From positions 1,336-65,335 of IMG/VR virus record IMGVR_UViG_3300025652_000060: a stretch of DNA of 64,000 nucleotides; one strand, given 5' to 3'. The stretch's first letter is position 1, and each line of letters begins with the position of its first letter. The notes beneath the pieces are model-generated. The model searched no databases, was not told the origin of the DNA, and saw only the letters and a program-made list of their open reading frames with translations. A program made the position numbers and the translations under genes. Shown piece by piece: positions 49,265 through 57,488 of this stretch. The stretch is from a virus (Duplodnaviria; Caudoviricetes).

Positions 49265-49471
49265 ATGGCAATGAATGAGCAAAAACTAAAAGAAATGGCA
49301 AGAAAAATACTAGAAATCAGATTAAGCCTTGAGTGTAATGAATCTATTATTGATACCGTCTACCTTACTAATGGCGAACTAATGGGAGAGGCTTTGGTGG
49401 ATATCCTTTTAGATCTTGGAATGAGTTCTGAGGATATTGATGGCGAATTAGAAAACGCTTGGAGGGCATAA
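49265..49471 (+). CDS. Small acidic early protein
   Basis: GGAG SD. Confidence 0.6.
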   Translation: MAMNEQKLKEMARKILEIRLSLECNESIIDTVYLTNGELMGEALVDILLDLGMSSEDIDGELENAWRA

Positions 49472-49707
49472 TAATGAAAAAGCATATTAAAGAAATTCAG
49501 ATTAATAAGAATTTAAAAATTGTTCTCAGGGAATGGAATAACTGCACTCCTTATGTGGTTCATAAATATAATATTTCTGAGGACTGTTATTATCAGGGAA
49601 CATATTGTTGGAATATTAAGGAAGCTGATAGCGAATTTGAAATTATGGTTAATGATAACCTTTGTTTAACTGGAGATTGGAATGGCGAAAATAGCAGAAA
49701 TGACTAG
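49459..49707 (+). CDS. Hypothetical protein
   Basis: GGAGGG SD; real start probably the internal MKKH. Confidence 0.55.
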   Translation: MEGIIMKKHIKEIQINKNLKIVLREWNNCTPYVVHKYNISEDCYYQGTYCWNIKEADSEFEIMVNDNLCLTGDWNGENSRND

Positions 49708-49734
49708 AGAGGAATTACTCGGAGGCGGTGAATA

Positions 49735-49929
49735 ATGATGAGCAACGAACAATGCGTAGAATTTTTTGATGAACATATTTTAGCAGGGGTCATTGCCCAT
49801 TATGGAGCCGATGATACCACCGCAATTGCTTATGAATTCGGAATCTATATTGACGGACTTTGCAAGGATGGTGAAATTACAAATTTTCAATACGAAAATT
49901 ATACTTACTACGATGAGGATGAAAAATGA
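49735..49929 (+). CDS. Very acidic small protein
   Basis: GGAGG SD; YIDGLCKDGEIT motif. Confidence 0.6.
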   Translation: MMSNEQCVEFFDEHILAGVIAHYGADDTTAIAYEFGIYIDGLCKDGEITNFQYENYTYYDEDEK

Positions 49930-50156
49930 AGAAAGTACAATTAACAAAAAGCCAACTAGCAGGGCGCTTAGAGCTTGCGGATATTTATAGGGATGATGCC
50001 GTAGATGATTTAAAACAGATTATACTAGATATTCTAGATCTAGATTCTGATTCTTTCGATTATGCAGACCAAAAAATTGAAGTAATGGAACAGGTTTCTA
50101 GAACATTGCGGGCGCTTAGGGGCTTAGACTTAACCGATTGGGATTGGAATGAATAA
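49926..50156 (+). CDS. Small acidic protein
   Basis: Resembles 18192. Confidence 0.6.
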   Translation: MKKVQLTKSQLAGRLELADIYRDDAVDDLKQIILDILDLDSDSFDYADQKIEVMEQVSRTLRALRGLDLTDWDWNE

Positions 50157-50388
50157 GCCAAAAAGAGGTAGACCATTTAAGGATGGGGTCAAAAAGACCT
50201 CAGCCGATTATAAAACTATTCATATTAATTTAAAGGATCGGCAATCTGAAACCATGGTGGCTACAGAAAAAGGTCCGACTGAATTTTTTAATATGCTTTA
50301 TGATTTTTGGTATCAGAATTTTGATTTATATCAAGAACAGGATCAACGCAAAAAAGAATTTCTCAAAAGACTAAAAAGGACAAAGTAA
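50149..50388 (+). CDS. Small DNA-binding protein with an AT-hook-like motif
   Basis: KRGRP motif. Confidence 0.5.
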   Translation: MNKPKRGRPFKDGVKKTSADYKTIHINLKDRQSETMVATEKGPTEFFNMLYDFWYQNFDLYQEQDQRKKEFLKRLKRTK

Positions 50389-50588
50389 TGGAAGTTTTAA
50401 AAAATTATTTAGAGAGCCGATTCCCAACATTGAATGAAATAGATAAGGCTCATATAGAATCGCTCATTAAAGATATTCAGCATAAATGCACCTCAGAAGC
50501 TTATCAGGCGGGATATGATGCGGGGCGCTTGATTGGAACAATTGAGGGAGAGAGAGAGGAAAGGCTCAGACAGCAAGGTTGGAGCTGA
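50388..50588 (+). CDS. Hypothetical protein
   Basis: AYQAGYDAG motif. Confidence 0.55.
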   Translation: MEVLKNYLESRFPTLNEIDKAHIESLIKDIQHKCTSEAYQAGYDAGRLIGTIEGEREERLRQQGWS

Positions 50589-50677
50589 TTCTCTTAGTTG
50601 GCGCATCGAGCTTGTCGATTCTTTAACTTGGTGCGAAAGTTATCTTTCACAAATTTACAGCCTAGGGAGGGCGCAAA

Positions 50678-51028
50678 ATGAAAAAATTATCTAGTAATGA
50701 ACGATTTGAAATGAATTCCGCTATTGCGAAAGTCTATAGATACGGAGAGGGGATGCAGGAATCTCTAAGAGAGCTTGCCTCTATAATGGGCGCAGATCTT
50801 GGAAGCTCAATAAGAAGTGATGCATCAATCAATACCCTTGAGGGAATGATTGTGGAGTCTATGATTTTTAAGAACGGAGAGGGCGTAAATATGCTTTGGT
50901 ATGATTCGCTTTTCGATAAGGTTCATTTATATAGAAAACACTTAGAAAATGAAGAGATTCTCAGTAAATCAGAAACGGTCTGGAATGCTGATACGCTAAA
51001 AAGCGAATCAAGAACATCGGTTCTATAA
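50678..51028 (+). CDS. Hypothetical protein
   Basis: GGGAGG SD. Confidence 0.55.
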   Translation: MKKLSSNERFEMNSAIAKVYRYGEGMQESLRELASIMGADLGSSIRSDASINTLEGMIVESMIFKNGEGVNMLWYDSLFDKVHLYRKHLENEEILSKSETVWNADTLKSESRTSVL

Positions 51029-51777
51029 TGCCACGAAATAGGATGATTAAGCCTGATTTTTGGGCGGACGAAAAAATAGCTGAGTTACCTCTGGGTGCTC
51101 GTTTATTATTTATCGGAATGTGGAATTTTGCCGATGATATTGGCGTTATAAGAGCAAATCGAGCTTATTTAAAAGCAAGCGTTTTCCCTTATGATGAGAA
51201 AATAACATTCCAGAATATAAATGATTTTACCAATATGATGCAAAGCTTAGGGCTTTTGAAATATATGGAAAGTAAGCGAGAAGGGTATTTTTGCATCCCT
51301 TCTTTTTTAAAACACCAGACAATTAACAAGCCAAGCACTTTTAGGAATATCGAAGGGTCTGAGAGGTTTAACGTATTGGAATTATTCGATTCATGGAACT
51401 ATCACGGATCAATCACTGAAGGCTCCATGCTGAAAGAGAAAGAGAAAGAGAAAGAGAAAGTAAAAGAGAAAGAGAAAGTTACTACATCGGATGACTCCGA
51501 TGTGATGAGTCCTGAGAGATTAATGGCAGGATGGAATTCAATTACCGAACAATATAAAATGCTGCCTAAGGTAATAAAACTTTCCCCTATAAGAAAAAAG
51601 AAGGCTTCTAATGCGATTAAAATAATTCCCGATAAGAAAGATTGGGAAATGATTCTAGGAGAGGTGACTAATAATAAATATCATCTAGGTGATAATGATA
51701 GGGCATGGAAGGCAAATTTCGACTGGCTTTTTAAAAATGAAAATTACATTAAACTTTTAGAGGAATCGAAAGCATGA
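51028..51777 (+). CDS. Phage replication initiator-like protein
   Basis: RMIKPDFWADEK...RLLFIGMWNFADD.G N-terminus; KE repeat; WKANFDWL C-terminus. Confidence 0.75.
   Translation: MPRNRMIKPDFWADEKIAELPLGARLLFIGMWNFADDIGVIRANRAYLKASVFPYDEKITFQNINDFTNMMQSLGLLKYMESKREGYFCIPSFLKHQTINKPSTFRNIEGSERFNVLELFDSWNYHGSITEGSMLKEKEKEKEKVKEKEKVTTSDDSDVMSPERLMAGWNSITEQYKMLPKVIKLSPIRKKKASNAIKIIPDKKDWEMILGEVTNNKYHLGDNDRAWKANFDWLFKNENYIKLLEESKA
51433..51480 (+). repeat. (AAAGAG)n microsatellite encoding KEKEKEKEKVKEKEKV
   Basis: Eight hexamer units, two degenerate. Confidence 0.9.
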
Positions 51778-52649
51778 AAGTACAAACTGGAGCAATGACC
51801 GAGGCAGAGGCAATAAAGCTAAGGAAAGAAATTAATACTATAGAATTTCAATCCCAATTCCTTTTCTTAAAAGACCATAACGGATTTAGGCGAGGGGAAT
51901 TACATACTCTCACAAGCCCGAAAGGGTCTGGTAAATCATCCCTCATAAAAGGTTTTTTGATAGAATTTGCGGCACAAAAGAAAAGGGTGTTAGTAATTCT
52001 ATCAGAGGAAAAAGTGAGTATGTATAGGCTGAACGTCTTTGAAACCATATTAAAGATATGCAAGGGGGATAATGATCTGGCAAACAGCTTGCTTGATAAT
52101 ATTTTATTTACCTCCGAATTGGATATTGACGATAAGGACAAAACGCATAGCAATTTTTTCAAATCAATAAAAGAGCTAGTAATAACTCAAGATATTGATA
52201 TTTTAATTTACGATAATTATACCACTGGGTTACTCGCAAGGGGTCAGCTTAATGAACAAGAAAAAGGGGTTGATAGATTTAAGCAATTAACCACCAGACT
52301 AAATATTGCCACGCTCTTAGTTTATCATACAGCGAAAGGGGTTGATGTTTATAAAAAGATTTTAGATGGCGATGATATTAGAGGCAGCGCAAATTCGGTG
52401 AATGTTGGGAGTTATAATTACCTTTTAGCTTTCTATCATAAGACGGAACCGAAAAGAGCTTTTCTTATTATTGATAAATCTAGGTATCACACCAAGGCGA
52501 ACAAAAAAGTTTACGAATTAAAATATGATATTGAGGGTGGAATTTATACCGACGATATTCGGTCAGGTTTTGATATTATGCAGAATCTAATAGACGGTAG
52601 AAAAAAATCAGGATCAATAGGAGGTAAGGCAAATGTTAATTTCAATTAA
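51774..52649 (+). CDS. RecA/DnaB-like P-loop ATPase (helicase-like)
   Basis: HNGFRRGELH, GSGKS, IYDN, DIRGS. Confidence 0.75.
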   Translation: MKVQTGAMTEAEAIKLRKEINTIEFQSQFLFLKDHNGFRRGELHTLTSPKGSGKSSLIKGFLIEFAAQKKRVLVILSEEKVSMYRLNVFETILKICKGDNDLANSLLDNILFTSELDIDDKDKTHSNFFKSIKELVITQDIDILIYDNYTTGLLARGQLNEQEKGVDRFKQLTTRLNIATLLVYHTAKGVDVYKKILDGDDIRGSANSVNVGSYNYLLAFYHKTEPKRAFLIIDKSRYHTKANKKVYELKYDIEGGIYTDDIRSGFDIMQNLIDGRKKSGSIGGKANVNFN

Positions 52650-53031
52650 GTTTTATAAGAATTTTTTACTCTCAAAATATAGTGAGGATGAGTATGCAAA
52701 AGATAAACTGCGGGAGCTTTTTAAATATTTCGTAGCATCGCAGCCATTATCTAGCGAAGAAAAAGACGCTGTAGAATTAGAAACCCTAGGCGCTATCCTC
52801 CCTCCAGATCATAGAAGGGTAAACGATTCAATTTTAGAGAGCCACGATATTATTCAGAGCTTTTTAAATGATGATTACGTATCGATGGCAGGACGGCATG
52901 AGCAGAATAAAATAGAATTAAATTCGGATCTTAATTCTCTAGAAAGAAGCGTAGAGAAAATTAGGCAGGATATTATGAAAGGTATGACCCCTGAGGGAAT
53001 TGAGAAAGCCAAGGCAATGGGCTTACTTTGA
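52633..53031 (+). CDS. Hypothetical protein
   Basis: Homolog of 20394. Confidence 0.7.
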   Translation: MLISIKFYKNFLLSKYSEDEYAKDKLRELFKYFVASQPLSSEEKDAVELETLGAILPPDHRRVNDSILESHDIIQSFLNDDYVSMAGRHEQNKIELNSDLNSLERSVEKIRQDIMKGMTPEGIEKAKAMGLL

Positions 53032-53167
53032 GAGATATATTTGGATATTCCAAAGCATTTTGTTCATATCCTTATTGCGGGCGCTTATGGTTTTGGAGCC
53101 GAGCGCCTAGAACAATTTATAGGGTAATCATCCTTGATATTCGAACTTTCTGGAGGCAACGTAAGGA

Positions 53168-53350
53168 ATGGAAAAAGTAGAAGAACTAGAGCCATTCGAC
53201 TGGGATTTTAATAAAGACGGTCTATGGTTAGGATGGGTAAAACCTAGAGAGCTAGAAAGGAATTGTATAGATAAAGCATTGAAGGCGCTTTATGGGAAAG
53301 ATTCACACAAGCCAACAGGCGCAACTCGATGGGATTTTAGAAAAAAATAA
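53168..53350 (+). CDS. Hypothetical protein
   Basis: Homolog of 12159..12338 (minus strand). Confidence 0.75.
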   Translation: MEKVEELEPFDWDFNKDGLWLGWVKPRELERNCIDKALKALYGKDSHKPTGATRWDFRKK

Positions 53351-53364
53351 ACTGGAGAATTAGA

Positions 53365-53592
53365 ATGAGAGAACCAAGTAATGACTTGAGAAAGGTCACG
53401 CTCAATACGCTTTTAAAATTAAGAAAGAATAATTATATAAGCGTCTATTATAAAAATCATACCTACGATAAAAATCTAGTAGAGAATGAAATCAAAAGAA
53501 AATTAGAGAAGAATAAAAAGGTTTGGTGCTATCAATGCGAGATAATTCATATTCAGATTGAATGTCCATCCTGCCGAGAGGTGGAAAAATGA
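53365..53592 (+). CDS. Hypothetical protein with a C-terminal zinc ribbon
   Basis: NHTY domain shared with 21123; CYQC...CPSC. Confidence 0.65.
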   Translation: MREPSNDLRKVTLNTLLKLRKNNYISVYYKNHTYDKNLVENEIKRKLEKNKKVWCYQCEIIHIQIECPSCREVEK

Positions 53593-53792
53593 TAATTCAA
53601 TCGGCAACAATGGATAAAATATCTGAGCTTCTACCGAAAGGTTCTAAACTTCTTTATTTTGATGATGATGGGCTGCGGTTATTTATCGCTTATGAATTTA
53701 ATGGAGTTGGTTATAAAACAACGGTGAAATCTACCAGTTACATGGGAGCGCAAGGGCGCAAGGGAAAGGTGAAAAATGATAATGCTAATTAG
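53562..53792 (+). CDS. Hypothetical protein
   Basis: ORF in operon; start probably the internal MIIQ. Confidence 0.5.
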   Translation: MSILPRGGKMIIQSATMDKISELLPKGSKLLYFDDDGLRLFIAYEFNGVGYKTTVKSTSYMGAQGRKGKVKNDNAN

Positions 53793-54033
53793 AGAATGCT
53801 CGGAAGGAATTACTCATCACGAGGTTATAAAGAATGAGGCATCGCTACTAAATTATTTTGCGGTTCTTCTTTTCGATGATGATCCAGTTGGTTTAGAAAT
53901 CGCAACGAATTACATAGGGTCAAAAACCCCTGCGTTTACCATAGGTGATGATTTCAAGGCTTGGATTATATATAATTACGAGATAGTGGATGAGAGCTTT
54001 CAAGGGAAAATTATAAACGGAAAGTTGGTTTAA
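53776..54033 (+). CDS. Hypothetical protein
   Basis: Overlapping ORF in operon. Confidence 0.5.
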   Translation: MIMLIRECSEGITHHEVIKNEASLLNYFAVLLFDDDPVGLEIATNYIGSKTPAFTIGDDFKAWIIYNYEIVDESFQGKIINGKLV

Positions 54034-54034
54034 T

Positions 54035-54229
54035 ATGAAAGAGAATGAACAGCAAAAGGCAGCAATGGACGAATTTCGCAGCGTCTTATATCAATGGAGT
54101 AAAGAGAACGGTCGAATCTTAAAAGGCGATCAAGTTAAACTTTTTGGCGCAGGATATTTTGCGGGAATGAGAAAGATTGGTGATGAGGTTCAAAGGCTTA
54201 AAGAAATGGAGAAAGGTGATGAGGGATAG
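54035..54229 (+). CDS. Hypothetical protein
   Basis: ORF in operon. Confidence 0.5.
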   Translation: MKENEQQKAAMDEFRSVLYQWSKENGRILKGDQVKLFGAGYFAGMRKIGDEVQRLKEMEKGDEG

Positions 54230-54413
54230 AATACTAGACGTTCTAAATGAGTATGTAGAAAAATATGGAGAGGAATTGAATTACGTATCTTTCCCTGAGG
54301 GGTTTAATGTTCTCACTCCAAACGGTAAAGATCGCCTAGATGGTGATAGTCTTATGGGTCATATCAGAATCAAGGAACTAGAGGAAGAAATTGAGAGGCT
54401 AAGAGATGCTTAA
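54177..54413 (+). CDS. Hypothetical protein
   Basis: ORF in operon; start probably the internal MRDR. Confidence 0.45.
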   Translation: MVMRFKGLKKWRKVMRDRILDVLNEYVEKYGEELNYVSFPEGFNVLTPNGKDRLDGDSLMGHIRIKELEEEIERLRDA

Positions 54414-54714
54414 AGAGATAAAAACACAAAAAGACAAAGTTAAGGCACTTTTGCGTGATTATCCAGAAACCAGATCATGCGATAAATTATTATGGCTTGG
54501 ATTTATGAGGCTATACGGTGGTTTCGCAGATCTTTCCGAGCTTGATTATAGAAGGGTGAGAAAAATCATCCTAGAAGCAGCGCCCTTTGAGTCAATTAGG
54601 CGATGCAGGCAAAAGCTTCAAGAACATAATCCAGAGCTTTCGGCTACGGATATAGTTAAGGAATTTAGAGGCAAGGAACAAAAAGATATGTCTGATTATT
54701 TTGGGGGTAAATAA
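54406..54714 (+). CDS. Hypothetical phage protein
   Basis: PETRSCDKLL...ESIRRCRQKLQ motif common in phages. Confidence 0.65.
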   Translation: MLKEIKTQKDKVKALLRDYPETRSCDKLLWLGFMRLYGGFADLSELDYRRVRKIILEAAPFESIRRCRQKLQEHNPELSATDIVKEFRGKEQKDMSDYFGGK

Positions 54715-54912
54715 ATGGCGCAGGAATTTAAAGAAGTAGCTTTTTCTAATATAGATCAAAAAAAGTTTAGAAAGAATTATAATAAGATTTTCGGTGAGCG
54801 TGAAAAAATAGACTGCGCTCATTGTGACTTATCATCCAGACAGAAAAAGGGAGAGGCGTTTCAATGCCCCCATTGTAAAAAGAAGAACTATTCGGAGAGA
54901 TTGAATGAGTGA
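54715..54912 (+). CDS. Zinc-ribbon protein
   Basis: CAHC...CPHC; homolog of 21617. Confidence 0.75.
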   Translation: MAQEFKEVAFSNIDQKKFRKNYNKIFGEREKIDCAHCDLSSRQKKGEAFQCPHCKKKNYSERLNE

Positions 54913-55384
54913 GGAAACATTTGAAGAGTTTATTCAAAGAATGAAAGAGAGAGCAACAGAGGAAGGCATAGAAATATCGGCTAGCTTTAGTATCTTTCAG
55001 CTTGAAAATTCTTGCGAGTATATTTGGAACCATCAACAACAAAAATTAGATAAGTGTAACAAAACTATGTCACGACAGCTTGCTGACATTAAAATGTTAC
55101 ATAAAGAGCTAGACACCAAAGACGCTGAGATTAAGGAGCTTGATTGTAGGTTATTGGTAGAAAGTGATAATAACAGGATTGCCGAGCATCGAATAAAAGA
55201 ATTAAAGAATGAGATAGGTAAATGGTTATCTCATGTCACTAAGTTAGACGATATTTTAGAGACACTTAGGGAGATTAATAGTACCTATAAAAAAGCCGAG
55301 GACGATTTAGAGGTTAGCTGCTTAATTGGAGAAATATTAGACCGCCCTGAAGTAAAAGCTTTATTAGAAAGGGATAAGATATGA
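54905..55384 (+). CDS. Hypothetical coiled-coil protein
   Basis: Heptad pattern. Confidence 0.55.
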   Translation: MSEETFEEFIQRMKERATEEGIEISASFSIFQLENSCEYIWNHQQQKLDKCNKTMSRQLADIKMLHKELDTKDAEIKELDCRLLVESDNNRIAEHRIKELKNEIGKWLSHVTKLDDILETLREINSTYKKAEDDLEVSCLIGEILDRPEVKALLERDKI

Positions 55385-55713
55385 AAGAGCTTGGAATAGA
55401 ATCTAATGATTGGAAAATGAAATTTCAATCAGTAAATGAGACTAAAGAGAGAATCGCCAAGGAACATTATAATTATCAATGCGAGATAGAATCCCTCACC
55501 AATAAACTAGAGGAGCTTGAGGGTGAGAATAAATTAGCTCTCAAGGTAATTAAGGGACTTAACCCTGAGGCTATTCTTGAAACGAGCTTACTTAACGACT
55601 CCCTCACCAATAAACTATTGGTGCTTACTAGGTGTTACTACGATAATGGTGAGGATAACAAAGGGTGTTTGTGCCAAGGCTGTAAAAACAAACAATCAAT
55701 AAAAGGAAAATGA
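55381..55713 (+). CDS. Hypothetical protein with an internal SLTNKL duplication
   Basis: 18-bp direct repeat at 55492 and 55600; Cys-rich end. Confidence 0.5.
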   Translation: MKELGIESNDWKMKFQSVNETKERIAKEHYNYQCEIESLTNKLEELEGENKLALKVIKGLNPEAILETSLLNDSLTNKLLVLTRCYYDNGEDNKGCLCQGCKNKQSIKGK

Positions 55714-55716
55714 ATA

Positions 55717-55941
55717 ATGGAAAAAGAAAGTATAATTTTAGGCGCTGCTAATCTCAGGCTAATTGATGAGGTTAAGAATTTAAAGGCGATCATAACTGAG
55801 AATGAAAAGGATCCTAGCAATTTCAAGGAAAGATACTACGAGCTTGTCGATTCTTACTGTAAATTAAAGGGCGATTTTTTAGCCGAGAAAAGAAAGTCCA
55901 CGGCTTTAATGCTTAGATGCGGAGATTCTGGTGGAATCTAA
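55717..55941 (+). CDS. Hypothetical protein
   Basis: ORF in operon. Confidence 0.5.
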   Translation: MEKESIILGAANLRLIDEVKNLKAIITENEKDPSNFKERYYELVDSYCKLKGDFLAEKRKSTALMLRCGDSGGI

Positions 55942-56063
55942 GAACTGGAAAGCGATAGATCATTCGTGGCGCACAGGGCTGAGGGGTAAGTGTCAGGCTT
56001 GCTCAAGTAATAAATAAAAGATAACTTAAATCGTGCGGATCTAAAAAGTCCGCTCGCCTTCCT

Positions 56064-56122
56064 TGCGCAATGGGTTATGATGGCTTTCTTTCCAGTTTTC
56101 CGTCATGCCCTTTGCGTTTTTT
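56064..56122 (+). terminator. Intrinsic terminator with a large loop
   Basis: cgcaatgggttatgatgg/ccgtcatgccctttgcg stem plus T run. Confidence 0.7.
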
Positions 56123-56170
56123 GACTCTCCAGACTATTTCTCGTAGGATTTATGAATCAGGGAGAACTCC

Positions 56171-56785
56171 ATGAAAAACCAGTGTGAACGCATTGTTGAA
56201 ACAGAACTGCATAAATTAGTACCGCATCCAAAAAACCCCAATACGCATTCTGAGGAACAGATTGAGCGCCTAGCTAAATTAATAAGCTATCAAGGCTTTC
56301 GTTCTCCCATAGTCGTATCAAATCAATCGGGCTTTATAATCGTAGGGCACGGAAGGTTAGAAGCTGCAAAAGGCTTAGGGCTTGAAACGGTTCCAGTAAT
56401 ATACCAAGATTTTAAGGATGAGGCGCAAGAATACGCCCACATGACCGCTGACAATGCCATTGGCTCATGGTCTAAATTAGATTTCTCTCAGATTAATACG
56501 GATATTTTAGAACTCGGTCCTGAATTGAATATCGAACTTTTAGGTATAAAAGAATTCACAGTGGATCCAAGCGAGATAGAACTGCCAGATTTAAAGGCAG
56601 GCGATAACGGACCGTGTCAGAAAGTAACTTTTACCTTATCAGATGAACAGGTTGATAAGGTGAAGGAAGCAATGGAAAAGGCTAAATCTTTCGGACCGAT
56701 ACATGATGACCTAAATGAAAATTCAAACGGTAATGCCCTTGCGAGAGTGGCTGAATTATTTATAAGTAGCTGCGATGTCAGCTAA
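56171..56785 (+). CDS. ParB/Srx N-terminal domain protein
   Basis: PHPKNPN.H, GFRSPIVV, IVGHGRLEAA, ADN motifs. Confidence 0.85.
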   Translation: MKNQCERIVETELHKLVPHPKNPNTHSEEQIERLAKLISYQGFRSPIVVSNQSGFIIVGHGRLEAAKGLGLETVPVIYQDFKDEAQEYAHMTADNAIGSWSKLDFSQINTDILELGPELNIELLGIKEFTVDPSEIELPDLKAGDNGPCQKVTFTLSDEQVDKVKEAMEKAKSFGPIHDDLNENSNGNALARVAELFISSCDVS

Positions 56786-57404
56786 AAGCATTGAAATTAA
56801 ACCGATTAGCTCCAAGGATGCAAATGCGATCTGTAAAAGATTTCATTATTCTGGGAAAGTTGCTGCGATTTCACAGCTCCATTTTGGCGTTTTTTATAAG
56901 GGTCAATGTGAAGGGGTAATGCAATACGGACCGCCAATTGATAGGCGCAAGTTATTACCATTAGTTAAGGGCACAAAGTTTAATGATTTTCTTGAGCTTA
57001 ATCGAATGGCTTTCTCTGATAATCTCCCTAGGTTTTCAGAATCTAGAGCCATTGGAATCGCTCATCGAATTATTAAAAAGAATTATCCACATATTAAGTG
57101 GATCATATCGTTTGCAGACGCAACGCAATGCGGTGATGGGACAATCTATCGAGCCTCTAATTTTCTGCTAACTGCTATTAGAAAAAACTCTACTATCTAC
57201 AAATTGAAGGATGGTGAGGTAGCCGCCAAGCACGGTACGTCTAAGAAGGATTTTAATGGGGCTGAGAGGCTTGTTGGGTATCAGTTGCGATACATTTACT
57301 TCTTAGATCCAAAAATGCGGGAGAACCTAACTGTGCCAGTGATTCCGTATAGTGATATTGAAAGATTAGGCGCATCAATGTATAAAGGAAAAGTGCGTGG
57401 GTAG
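56775..57404 (+). CDS. mom: Mom-family DNA adenine modification (carbamoylmethylation) enzyme
   Basis: HYSGK, GVMQYG, LELNRM, SESRAI, ISFADATQ..DGTIYRASNF motifs typical of Mom-like GNAT proteins. Confidence 0.8.
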   Translation: MSAKSIEIKPISSKDANAICKRFHYSGKVAAISQLHFGVFYKGQCEGVMQYGPPIDRRKLLPLVKGTKFNDFLELNRMAFSDNLPRFSESRAIGIAHRIIKKNYPHIKWIISFADATQCGDGTIYRASNFLLTAIRKNSTIYKLKDGEVAAKHGTSKKDFNGAERLVGYQLRYIYFLDPKMRENLTVPVIPYSDIERLGASMYKGKVRG

Positions 57405-57469
57405 TTTAAAAGTAAAACAGACTAATTCCATTAGTAAGAAAGCGGTGCATTACCGACTTCCACGCTCCA
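57395..57469 (+). tRNA. Atypical tRNA-Gly(UCC), probably non-proteinogenic
   Basis: Acceptor GCGTGGG/TCCACGC, discriminator T, encoded CCA; D stem GTTT/AAAC; anticodon TCC at 57427-57429; T loop TGCATTA; no D-loop GG. Confidence 0.8.
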
Positions 57470-57488
57470 TTATAATCCCGAGATATTT

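Noticed and set aside
55492-55617. 18-bp direct repeat encoding SLTNKL
   Set aside because: Looks like an ordinary intragenic duplication in a mosaic coiled-coil gene.
57395-57469. tRNA as an attP/integration remnant or an ordinary translational tRNA
   Set aside because: No integrase; the element is full length, and its deviations fall in the D and T loops while the Gly identity elements are intact.
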